A DNA stretch of 64,000 bases from Perna viridis (Eukaryota): NCBI GenBank assembly GCA_037379345.1, contig CM074512.1, positions 44,144,001-44,208,000 on the forward strand, given 5' to 3'. This document shows positions 11,588-23,266 of the stretch, piece by piece. The position numbers were made by a program, and so were the translations under genes. Every line of letters starts with the position of its first letter. Position 1 is the stretch's first letter. Under the pieces are notes generated by a model. That model searched no databases and had not been told where the DNA came from. It worked only from the letters and a program-made list of their open reading frames with translations.

Positions 11588-14500
11588 TTAGAAAGAATCA
11601 CGCTTAAACTACTAATTAGTGCTTAATTGCTTTGGGTAATTAAAGAAAGTATTTTTCTGCGTCGTTGCAACTGTGTTGAATTTTAAAGTATGTAAATTTA
11701 CCACATGAATTTGTCTACAGGGGGTATAATCTTCGACATTGAATGTTAACAAATGTGTCACAGCAAGAATTAATTACAACCTTTTGTTTCGTTTTGGCTA
11801 ATTTTGCTCTAAATAGTATATGTCACCGTTAGAAGATATAGACATTGTAAGTGAGAGTATCGTCTTTCGATATTAAAAGCCATAAACTCATTTCTTACTG
11901 TCTTAAATACTTAATTTGTCATTTTAATTGAAAAGTTCGTTGAATCCGATGACCTACGAGATTGGAAAGTCATATGTTTCCTTATGCAATTCGTTTACGG
12001 GCTTTCATTATATGACTAGGGGAAAGTATAGTTGATACTATCAATAACAGTAAGCTAATACTCTCATGTAGGCCTCTACCAACCGAGACTCAAAACGAGG
12101 TACCACTGCGACGTTTTGTTATTGTTCAGTGATCTTTTACTGTTAAGCTAAATGATAGTCCTCGTGGGGTACTGAATCTTCCTTTGGCCTCATAACCTAT
12201 GCCCATCTCTATTCACAAACCCGTTTGCACGTGTTTAAAAAAATATTTTCTGACTTTCCAAATGTATTGTATCACTGGTATTTTAAAATTAACTTTTAAT
12301 TTGCTTATCGAATATATATTTTTCTCTAAATATGATAAGTTTTACGTCAAATGATGCTTCACATTCCATATTCATCCTTGGGTATTTGTCAATACCGTGC
12401 TACTATTTGGTTCCTTTGAGTTGCCCATTTTATTGTTCTCTCATTTTCATGTCTAGTAGACGGTGAAAGGAATTGCCCCTCTGGTTCATTCATTTTAAAA
12501 CACAGCATGAAAAGGTAATATTTGAAATTGTTGTACAATTTTCCTTAAGCTATGTTTCGTAAAATGCTTGCTTGTATTCATATTAATTTGATCAAACGAA
12601 TCTCAACAAGTATGGTATTACTTTGTGATAATATCCATTTGAACTCTGACCTAATTTTCATAACGTCAAGTTAAGTTAATATCATGTTCTTGGCAATATA
12701 TTTTCATTTTTGTGCAGGTGCATCCTCTTGTTCAACAGTTGTTATTTTTAACAAATTTAGTGTCCATTATAAGGTAATAAATTTGAAATAATTACATAAT
12801 GTCTACACCTTTGTGCAGAATTAGTGAAACATTTTACGTCTCAACATATTTGTTACTTATATTTCTGAAGAATGTTCAAAATTCTATATGCCAGTGTTTA
12901 TTTGGAAGTTTCTGTAATTTGTCACTTGTAGCAAGTATGTACTTTTCTATTGTATAGTAAAATAAAACATGTGATTTAATGCAAAAAATGAACACTATTA
13001 CTGTTGAAGCTTATATTTAACTGAAAAATTAGGACGTACACAAGAAATAAATCTAGAATAATTTCTTTTTAATTTCTTGAAACCCAAAAGAAGAAAATTC
13101 ATTGTCTGTTCTTTGAATTAGTTTTGACCATATCTTGGAACATTGTGCTTGTGCTATATTTTCTAAAAAAAAGAAAACATTTTGCTGTTATTACTTTCTG
13201 TGTCACCTCGTCAACAAATAATATTTTTATTTTTTTATAGATGGGTTGCCACCCATCTATAAAAAAATAAAAATATATATAAAAAAAAATCAAAGACTTC
13301 AAAGTCGCTAAACATCAAATATTCTTTGCCACTGATTTTGGCTTGCTTTCAACATCCTAAATGGCACGAATGCGTTGTGCTCTAAAATTGGGTGATTTCC
13401 GCAAGAATTTTGGTTCTGTTGATATGGTTATTCTTTCATAATCGTGATGACCCGAAAGTTTCTCAGTCAACTATCAAATTTTAGCGATCGTTTGGTCGCT
13501 TATGATATTGACCAGGGAACCAGATTAATTAATTGGCAATGGCTATTTATGTTTATTAGGCTCCTGATAATGTACATAACCTGTAAAGTCAATTGTAATA
13601 ACGAGCCCTGTGTCTGGTTGTGTTCAATGCTTACCGATCATTTTATCTTTTAATGTAAACTTCCCGTTTTCATACAGCAAGAATCACACATAAAACATAT
13701 GTGTATGATATTCAAGAGATATATTTTGATCTCGTATGAAGCTAGAATTGATGGTAAACACGGCACTTATCAGCAGCTTAATGTGGAGTAGTAATATATG
13801 ATTATGTAAACTATATGCGAATGTAAAGTATTGAAATTACTAGTACAAGAAGTCGCTAAGAATATTAGAGATTTAAAAAACAAACTGTAATTGATTGTTT
13901 TTATGATCAAAATAATTCTACTTTTGTCTGTTTGAACATTTCTTGAATTTGCAATGATTTATTTATGAATTAGTAATTTTATTGCCCTAAGGACAAAAAA
14001 AATTTTTGAATAAACTACAAAATGCAATTTTTAACGGGTTCAGTCGGTCAGAAGAGGGTTTCAATAGCAGTGGTTTCAATATCCAGAGATTCCAAGCTGA
14101 TGTTTCATCGGAATTGAACAGAGATATAATTTTCCAGTAATTAGAGAGCTGTAAATTCTCTCATGCCGAATACTACATCACTTGAAGAGATAAGCTTACT
14201 CATATTTCATACCTAACGATATGGGGCATGTAACTTTACCATAATACATATGTCCCCTGCAATTTATGATGATCTTTATAATAGCTTTAAATGCTCATGA
14301 CGAGGCATCATTACTTCTCGAAGTATTTACCGTTAAAGAAAGAATGCATCGCGGTTACTTATAGGAATTTTATCCTATGAGTATATCTTTACCTGTTAGG
14401 GTATGATGTTTCAGTCACTTTGTAATACAAGCTTTAATTTAACATTGAACTTTCTGCTTCAAATATCGCTTTTAAAGTGTAAAATACCAACAACATTCAA

Positions 14501-15386
14501 ATTATTTCTGTATTGAAGCTTTGTATGCGTGTGTGGGCACTCTACAGTTCTGTCAATCAGATATGGCGGATTGGAAGGGGTTCTTGTCGTCCAGGATTTG
14601 AATAAATCTTGCTGAAGTTTGAAACTGTTTTAAGCTAATTCCGAAAATAATTAGTTTCGAAATTTGAATAATGGAAGTAACCTTACTAAATGATTTTTTG
14701 AACATTGGATTGCTGAAACACAGATACGAATCCCTATTGATGTGCCCCCATATTGGAACTGAAATCATTCGAAAGAGTAACCCGTATCTGCTATTTTGAC
14801 AATTCAAAAAGTAATCTTTGCTTGTATTTTTCCTTCGTCGTATCTTAGTTTTTTATCAAATAATTTGCATTGTTAGTTTAGAAAAAGGTTTAAAAGTAAA
14901 ACGTACTTCAATTTTATCAGAAAGTATGATCATAAACATTGTAAGATCCTCACTGATAGAATGGATATTCTTGACAAAAAGATCGAAATCATAATTTCAC
15001 CGTTCATTAGGTTTTCCTGTTTATCATTCGTGACTATTTCGAATATTTCAATTATTCTTCGTGTTCCAAAGACAGGTGGAATTTTTATTTTATAAGTTGG
15101 GAAGGATCATAATTTTTTCATTGTTTAATTTCCATTACTGAAAGATACTATACTTCACGAAGCTGTGGTAACTATACTTTTCATCAATGGGTGTAGGATG
15201 TACTTGCTTCGAGCGAGTAATGTTATTTTTATGGTCTATTACATAAATTGTGTATGCTACTTCCAATTGGCTATAATGGCATCGTAAAATTTCAGGGTTT
15301 TATCAAACAAATAAATGATCGTTATTTATTTGCAATTATGAGCGACTAGCTGTGAGTTTAGGAACATATAGTTTATTGTGGCAAGC

Positions 15387-15487
15387 CAAAGTGGACAAAA
15401 ATGAGTATTTTTTAATATTAAAAAATGATTTTTAATATTACAAATTCATTTTCTAATATTACAAAATATTGATTTTTGTCCACTTTG
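15387..15487. repeat. 101 bp foldback: perfect 16 bp inverted repeat enclosing 3 x ~21 bp units
   Basis: caaagtggacaaaaat / atttttgtccactttg, with three internal copies of atttt(t/c)taatatta(a/c)aaa. Confidence 0.8.
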
Positions 15488-17721
15488 CATCAATAGTGCA
15501 ATTGGTTGTTGGCAGTAGTTCTTATTGCTCTTTTGTTGCAGTTGTTGTTTTTGTTTGTTCTATATTTAATACTTCATTATCAATTGTATCTCTGCGTAGG
15601 GTTTGAATGAGTAACAAATATGACTTTTCTGGTGTGTCTTTATGGTTTGATCATCGTCTTCATTTAACACCAAAAGGTATGAATTGCTGATCATAAGGTG
15701 GGTTGTAAATTATAACACCTTAAAGACTACATATTTAGGTACTTCTGATAAATGATAAAATATAGAATACGTTGGTGATTGCAGGTACACAATAGAATGT
15801 GTTCAATAGACCAATTTAATCAATTGGTGTTTTCAATTAGATATATTTTGCCTCGTATCTAGAGCTGGCTGTGCTTAATTATAAGGTGATATACACACGT
15901 GGTTTTTGTCTGTCAGGTGTCGGTTCTCGTTTGTTTTAACACGGGAGCTTTATTTGTTACAAAGAATCTATATGATACTTGAAATTCAGGTGTTATTTAA
16001 CCATCTGTTGAAGAAATCCCAAGTATTCTAAGAATACCAGATTTTTCCATCTGTTAGTACGGAGAGAACTGGCATTTCTCTTTGTGTTCCGGTATCTGCT
16101 AGTGATTTGTTGGTCCTTTGCACTCGCTTAATCATTCAGTTTGATTGCGTATCAATTGATTTGATCTAGTTGACACCATACTTAATAGTACGTGCAATGT
16201 GCTCCTCGTAGAACCGTATGTTCTACTTAGGCCACGTGCCTTAGTGCCAGTTGTCGAACGTGTAAGTACGAATGCCGGACTTTTTGTACACGATGAAAGG
16301 TGACTTCAGGGAGGTACTTACGTTAATGCAATAATAATTCACACTTGCCGAATAATTAACCTGCGTTGTTGGAGTTATTTCAAGGCAATGACGTATTAGT
16401 CAAGAATCTGTCTTATTGTGTAGAAAGATTTAGTGGCACAAATGTTGATATCAGGTGCAGCTGGTTCTGCTTAGCTGTGACTTGGCATTTACATGACTAT
16501 TCTGAGATCTATCCTTTTTTACATAGTCAAACAGTTTTAGTTTCTGTATTTCTTCACATCAAGGTCTGGTTTTATTTTGTGTTAAGTAGAATTATTCTGA
16601 GCTATATTTAAAATTTACCTCTCGGTATCAATCATCTTTTATCATAACCAACTTTTTCCCCTCTAACAAAGTTTAGAAAGGGTATATGAGGAAGAACCAT
16701 GTCCATCTGAACAAGAACCATGTTAACGCGACACCGTTTAATCCGTCATGATTAAACTTTACATGAAGACATCATATTTAGATTTGCATGAACTCTATTT
16801 TTGGGGTGGTAATTAATCAGATTTCAATTTATGGTATTAGTAATCCACGAAACTAGTACCCCCACGACCGTCATACTTATCCATTTTGATGCTTATAAGC
16901 AATGTTAACTTATTGTGTCTGTATGTGAACTTGTATTGTTTCATCAAGTCAGCCAGGGACTTAATTTTGAATTGGTGATAATCCCAAATTAATCTCTTTG
17001 CACTTCTAAAAGAATATATCTTACACATTGTATATAGACTTAAATATTGTAATGATTATATTTCATATTTTATTGTGCATTGATCTTTTACTTGTCTAAT
17101 TTCTCATGTTATATTAAGGAGATATAAAAAGACGTACAGGTGTCGCTGGTAGGTGAACCCCCCACTTCTCTAGATCTTGTTACCACTGCTTAAGTATACA
17201 TTTTCATAAACCTGAGACCTTGACTTAGTTGGTAATTGTGATTGCCAGTGAAAGGTTTGACAGACCACAATAATGGAATATCGTAGTGTTGGTCGAAAGG
17301 TGTCAGAGCATTACTATCTTGTATTGTCGGCATTTTTTCTACTCAATATTTCTTGCTAACTATTCCACGTAGGGGGTGATTTAATTTATTCAAAAATTAA
17401 GCAAAAACTTGCACTAAGAAGGAAAGATTGATTTGAGTTTTCTTAATTTTATAATCTTACCTTTCAATTTAATATTCTTTGAAATTTGATTTCAGTTTGC
17501 TGGCTCTGTGAGTGAAAGTAACAATGCATTTTAATTCAGTTGTATTATCTCTTGTTAAGTTGTTTTGTTAGTATTGAAAGCAGAATGTACATGTTTTTGA
17601 ATTAATTAAAAGGCGCAGTAAATAAACAGCAGAAATGTAAATAATTGTTGCAATCTAAAGTTTACCTTATATATTGTATGTTTATTTTTTGTTATACTGC
17701 AATATTGTAAATTATTCATAG

Positions 17722-18497
17722 TTTATAACTCCCCGATCGAAAAAAAGTAACATCAGTTTTCGTCTGTCGTCGAAACATTTTTGGTTTCCGGATGACATTT
17801 GAAGAACCGCGCTCATTTTTTTCGAACTTTTACACATTAGTGTGGTCCATAGTAATTGAGTATATATATCCTATGCCGCTCTAAAAATGATGACCCCTTT
17901 GCACTTCGAAATTTGAAAAATAGAACATAGGGGGTCGGACAGCAGTTTTTTGCATATATCTCCAAAACGTAAGGCTTAACCAAAGTTTTACCTGGTAAAA
18001 ATGTTCAGCATGATGAGATCTATTTGTGATGTGATTTTGGTGAAAATCTGTTGACCCAATTTGGTCTAATGACGAAAAGATCGTTTTTAGGGGCCATTTC
18101 CCCGCTAATTTATACTTGCTTTGATTTCAATGATAATTGGTTTATATAGTTAAAATGGTCCCCTGTTATGAATGGTGATGATGAAATTGTTGGATAGCCA
18201 TAGTTTAACTTCATTTTATGTTCTTTTTCAGTAAATGTATACTGGGCGAATGTCCCTTCAGACCCGGTGGAATAACAGGGCATAGGGGGACCACTGTCCA
18301 AATTTTTTCCAGAGGTTTGAAAAACAATTTGAAGGCATCTCCATTTACAGTGCCTTAGGTGTTCTTTTGAACTTACAGCATTCATCAATATGTGCTCTTT
18401 TTCAGCGATTTTTTGTCGAACATGGCAACAAAGCTTGATACCTAATAGGGCATGGTTTGTTAGGTGAATGATTCAGGCTATTCGAGAGCCTCTTGTT
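17722..18497 (+). mobile_element. HINE-like non-autonomous element
   Basis: 5' ttt...cgtctgtcgtcg microrepeat; 3' end aggtgaatgattc followed by hairpin aggct-attcgag-agcct (18475-18491) and cttgtt. Confidence 0.55.
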
Positions 18498-19994
18498 ATA
18501 GTTTTGTTTTGTTTTTGTTTTTGTTTTTGTTTTGTTTGTTTTTGCGTATTAAGAACTAAATATTATCGGATTTTATGTATTTATACTATTTATTCATCCA
18601 CCTATAAGTTCAGAACCGTAACGAAAGTTTGTGAAGAAAAAAACAGGAAAAGGAGTCTACACTATGATACACTATGATGCCAACTCAAATGTCCTTAAAA
18701 TCATGTGTTTCTGTTCATTAATACTGTTAGCTATGTTGTGTTATTTTCTTCCTTTTGTTTGTTGTCCCTTCGTTTTTAAGTTTTTTGTGCCTATTATAAC
18801 CATCCTTTTGTCTTGCATTGTCATAGTTGTGGACGTTATTGTCATTGGCTGGATATACCATTTAAATGCAAAGCCCTATTTTATGCAGTTGTACTTTTTT
18901 TATAGTACACCACAAATCGCTCAATTTGTATCATTACAAGTTATGCAGAGTACATGTAAATTAGATTTAAATCTACCTTCTTGAAAGTTGTTTAAATTCA
19001 CTGCTTTTGTGTATTTGTTTAAATATTGAGGCATCTCGTTGTTTTTTACACTGCTTAATGTCATTTAGAGTGGGGGAAAGTGCGAGAAAAAAAACAGTGT
19101 AAATGGTTATCGACAAATAGTTCTAGGTTGAAGTTTAGATTATTAAAGAAGAAGTAGACCTTGTAAACCCCTTCAAAGTGAATAAAAAGTATTTCATTGA
19201 AAGGGAATGAACTTGAGCCTATAATGTTACCGTGTTTGGAAATGTAACATTCTCGTCTGTGAAATACCAAAAATGATTTCGTACCTAAGTTTGTTGGTAA
19301 AGATTAGTTTATTTATGATAAATAGTAAAATTTAAACAAAGTAAACACACCTGCGTTTTAATGACTATGATGGCATTTTCTGTCATTTGTTGTTTGTTTT
19401 CTTAAGTGCTTGTGTATTCCATTTACATTACCTGGCTATTAATTTATACATTAAAGCCTTTGAAATCATCTATCACACCTATACACAGGTGATTCTTCGA
19501 TTGATCAGTCTTTGCTCATCTCCGTTATCAGATGAAAGAGAAACACCTGTTTCAGGTAAAAATCGGTGTGAAACGTTGGGACAAAACACAGGTGTTCATA
19601 TTTACGTAGCTTTCAATTAGACTAGAATTTAGTATCCTTTTATAGGACAAATAATTTGTCAACGATCATTTCTCCTTTAATGTACAGTCTTCAAAATCTC
19701 ATCATTTTCTTTTGACATATCTTTATTAGTTTTAATACACAAACTTTACATAATAAACCCATAATTATTTTCTGCATGCTACATTTTCAATTTATTATAA
19801 ATTACATCGTATCATTTGAGACACCCACTTGTCAAATTCAATATATATTTCCTAAAAGGCATCATTTACTCAATCCTGTTCAGTGTAATTTTATGGTTGT
19901 TGCTTTCCAAAAGAGGCCGCGTACCATCTGTACTACATAACATCCATTAATGAATATTCTTCATCTTTCTTATTGATGTTTTTTAAGGTCGATT

Positions 19995-20259
19995 TTGACG
20001 ATTTGTTGTTATACTACCTACTTCTTTTTAACGACGATTTAAACATTGTAGTTATTCCTGCTTTGACATTAACTGGGACTCTGACGATTCGTTGTCATAT
20101 AGATCCCACTTCTTTTTTAAACGATGATTTAAACATCGTAGTTATTCCATCTTTGATATTAACTGGGACTCTGACGATTTATTGTTATACTTTCCAACTT
20201 CTTTTTAACAACGATTTAAACATTGTAGTTATTCCTGCTTTGATATTAACTGGGACTCT
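19995..20259. repeat. Tandem repeat, about 3 copies of an 87-90 bp unit
   Basis: ttaactgggactct recurs with its aac at 20071, 20161 and 20248; gatttaaacatYgtagttattcc is in every unit. Confidence 0.9.
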
Positions 20260-20661
20260 CGATCTCTAGTGCTTAAAAGCGCTTCTTCTCTTAGTAAGTG
20301 CATAATGAAAGTGAAGTCATATCATTATGAGTATTGGGTGTAAGTAGGTCTAAAGTGGTGTCCTTGACCTTCGTCAATCATTCTTAGTTGTATTGATGAT
20401 AATTTTCTCTCAATATTTTTCAACAACAGCCACAAAAATGAAAAACAAACAAAAAATGAACATGAAAGGGTAAATTGTTTTAACGTATTGTTGTTGGGTG
20501 ACCAGTTTCAGTGGTGGTTATACGAGATCCATTCAGGACGTGAATCTGAATATCCATTGATATCTAAATCGTCAGAGACATTGACAACTTTCGTCGAGTA
20601 TTAGAATAGCAAAAGGAAGCAAAAATAAAAACATTAACAACAACTCAACCAAACCAATTAA

Positions 20662-20857
20662 GAAGATAAAGCTAAGGTAAGGGACACAGCTCTTACATTT
20701 AATTGGAACGTTTGTATTCAGAATTTCACATTTATCTCATATAAGCATCAAAGTAACTTGAATTCATTTCATTCTGTTTCAAATGAAAGCTTGATAAAGG
20801 CTTTGGTGAAATTGAATAATTTCAAAGAGTTATGTCCCTTACTCTATGTCTACCTCC
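20662..20857. mobile_element. Same MITE, internally deleted
   Basis: Flanked by ttaa on both sides; interior ggaacgtttgtattcag...aggctttggtgaaattgaata is shared with 2674-2885. Confidence 0.8.
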
Positions 20858-21062
20858 TTAACTATAATAGAAGAAAGGGAAAGGGAAAACGTAGCCCAGT
20901 TGTGCAAAACAAACAAACGAAAACAGTCTTTGTCATGATATTTTATAGGTTGCTAACCCAAGATGGTTTACATGTTCATTTTTACGTTTTGCAAGAAATA
21001 TTTCTTTCAATCGTATTTTATTGTAGAAAATCGTTTTACTTTTAATTTCTTTCGTATTTAAG

Positions 21063-21155
21063 GTGACAGATGACCGTTTTGTGACTTGTAGTGAGGACGG
21101 TACCATTAGAATTTGGGATCTTTTCGACAGCAAGAAGCCCGGACTCAAGTTGTAG
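21063..21155 (+). CDS. WD40-repeat protein, terminal coding exon
   Basis: Acceptor tttaag ends at 21062, phase 0. VTDDRFVTCSEDGTIRIWDLFDSKKPGLKL* completes the GH...WD repeat opened in the 4003-4090 exon. Implies intron 4091-21062. Confidence 0.88.
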   Translation: MTDDRFVTCSEDGTIRIWDLFDSKKPGLKL

Positions 21156-23032
21156 ATGGCTTTGTTTACAGTTTTTCATTTTATAATGAAAACGTCATTA
21201 GAACATTTTTACTTTGTCTCTTGTAATCCACAGTTGGTTTACGTATTTTTTTAGTAGATATATATTTTTTTTAAACTTATAGTATGGTTATGTTATTTTT
21301 ATTAGTTTATACAATCAATATATAGAGCTTTTGGTATTTTACCCTTTATGTATATTACCTTATTCCTTTGTCTTATTGTATGGCCTTTCAGTATTATTTT
21401 ATTTACAGGAAAATATGTATGATCTGAGCTCAACGAATACAAAACTTTTTATAGGGATGCACAATTAATCCAAATCAATGTATAATGTATTAAAAATTCG
21501 GTTTTATCCTTGAAAACAATTGTAGTATTCATCCATCAAGAGAAAATCAAAATGTTTCAGAAATTTAAAATCTTGTGGATTGCCTGATTATCAACATTTG
21601 TACCCAACGAATGCGGTATTTCATAAACTTGAGCTGTCAAGTCGCAATATCATACTTTGCTCTTAGCAATACAGACCAATACAGACCTCACGGGTATCAA
21701 CAGATTCTTAAACTTTTGTTGTAAGCAATATGTATTTTTTTTGCCTGACATCTCAACTTGATCCTTCGTTTCACAGTCTTTATATTACTTGAATTTTATA
21801 TGAATAGTTTTTTTTTTCTTTTAAATTGGGAAAATGCCACGATAAGGTCGAATTGACAAATCAAAAACGTTTATACTTAAAAACCAATTTAACTCCCAAT
21901 GGTTAACAGTTTCTGGAACAAGCCAGATGGCTTTGGATATTGGAAAATGCTCAAATTATTCATCTGTTATAAAACGTTTAATTGAAATTCGTTGATAAAA
22001 GAACTCTGGTTTTCCTTCTGCGATATTTATTTCTGTTTTCAAAATCGACTCTATCATCTTATGTAAGAAGTGATGCTGTGTTTTAACTGATAATACACTG
22101 TTTTATAACGTACTAATTTTTTGACATGATGATCGTAAATTTTCTCTAAGCTCTCTGCACTCACTGCATCATCATTAAAAAATAATAATGATTATGAATT
22201 TATGTGGATGAATTTTCGTGATATTTATTTATATATTAATATGTGTTTTATTTCTTTCTGTATAAGTTTTGTTTTAACAGGTTATTATTGTGTTTTGATA
22301 ACAGGGTTATTTGTATTTAAGATGAAACGAGACTGATAACTATTGTAATGGATTTGTTACATGTTTGTATATTTTTGCTTCTAAAACATTGTCTGGTATG
22401 TTGCTTAATCCGCGCTAATGGATTCTTATCATTTTAATAGTTGTATCTACTTGTTCTTCCTGATGTCTTATATATTTGCACTTGAACAGAAATATGTTGC
22501 ATTAAGAAATGAATCAGACTTTCAATTGTTGAGCAGATTTTGGATTGAATTATTGAAAAAAATATTAATTGAAAAGAAGAAATCAGGATTTTTCATGTAG
22601 AACAACAGAAATTCATTGGAAGATCAAAATCCAGATTTAAAGTTGAATAGATATAAATTTTGACAAAGTTTATCAAGCTTCATTTTTTTTCGATGCAGTA
22701 TAACTGAAGTAAGCCACAGAAATTAAAATTCAGGCGAATTTATTTCTCTGAGTTACATCGTCATATTTTTCATCAGTTTCAAGGTGTTAGTTATAAAGAA
22801 TTAGTTATTTTGTAAGAATTTTCATTGAACTGCAATATATCCTATGATGTTAATTTTTTAATAATTTTTGTGATGAATGCATTTACTTTATAACTGTGCT
22901 TCCAAAAGGCTTCCGTAGTCATTGAGATTTTCGTATTTGTACACAATAATTTAGAACACCATCAATAGCTGGAATGTTAGCTCAGATGTTTTTGTAGTCT
23001 ATAATGTTTTTACATTTGTAGCTTATGTTTAA

Positions 23033-23266
23033 TACCCCGGACTTGACTGTTTAAAAGCAGAGAACGCTTACCCTACCGGTGCACCTGGTCCATGCTCCAA
23101 GTTTTTGGTGGAGTCAGAGTTGCTCATTTACTTTTGTTGCTTTGTATGTATGATTTTAGTTACTTTGTGTTCTTTGTTGTGTGTGTCTGTTTTCCATGTC
23201 TGGTCTTTGTCCCTGGATTACATTCTTTTGATTACCGCTATAACCTTGGTTCCCTTGATTACTCTT
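23033..23266 (+). mobile_element. 3' UTR copy of the Penelope-like family with an internal deletion
   Basis: Near-identical to 29257-29516 but lacks the atgagcaactcg...ctag segment. Confidence 0.9.

Noticed and set aside
19995-20259. Repeat-spacer-like appearance suggesting a CRISPR array
   Set aside because: Eukaryotic context, the apparent spacers are similar to each other, and there are no cas genes; it is an ordinary tandem repeat.
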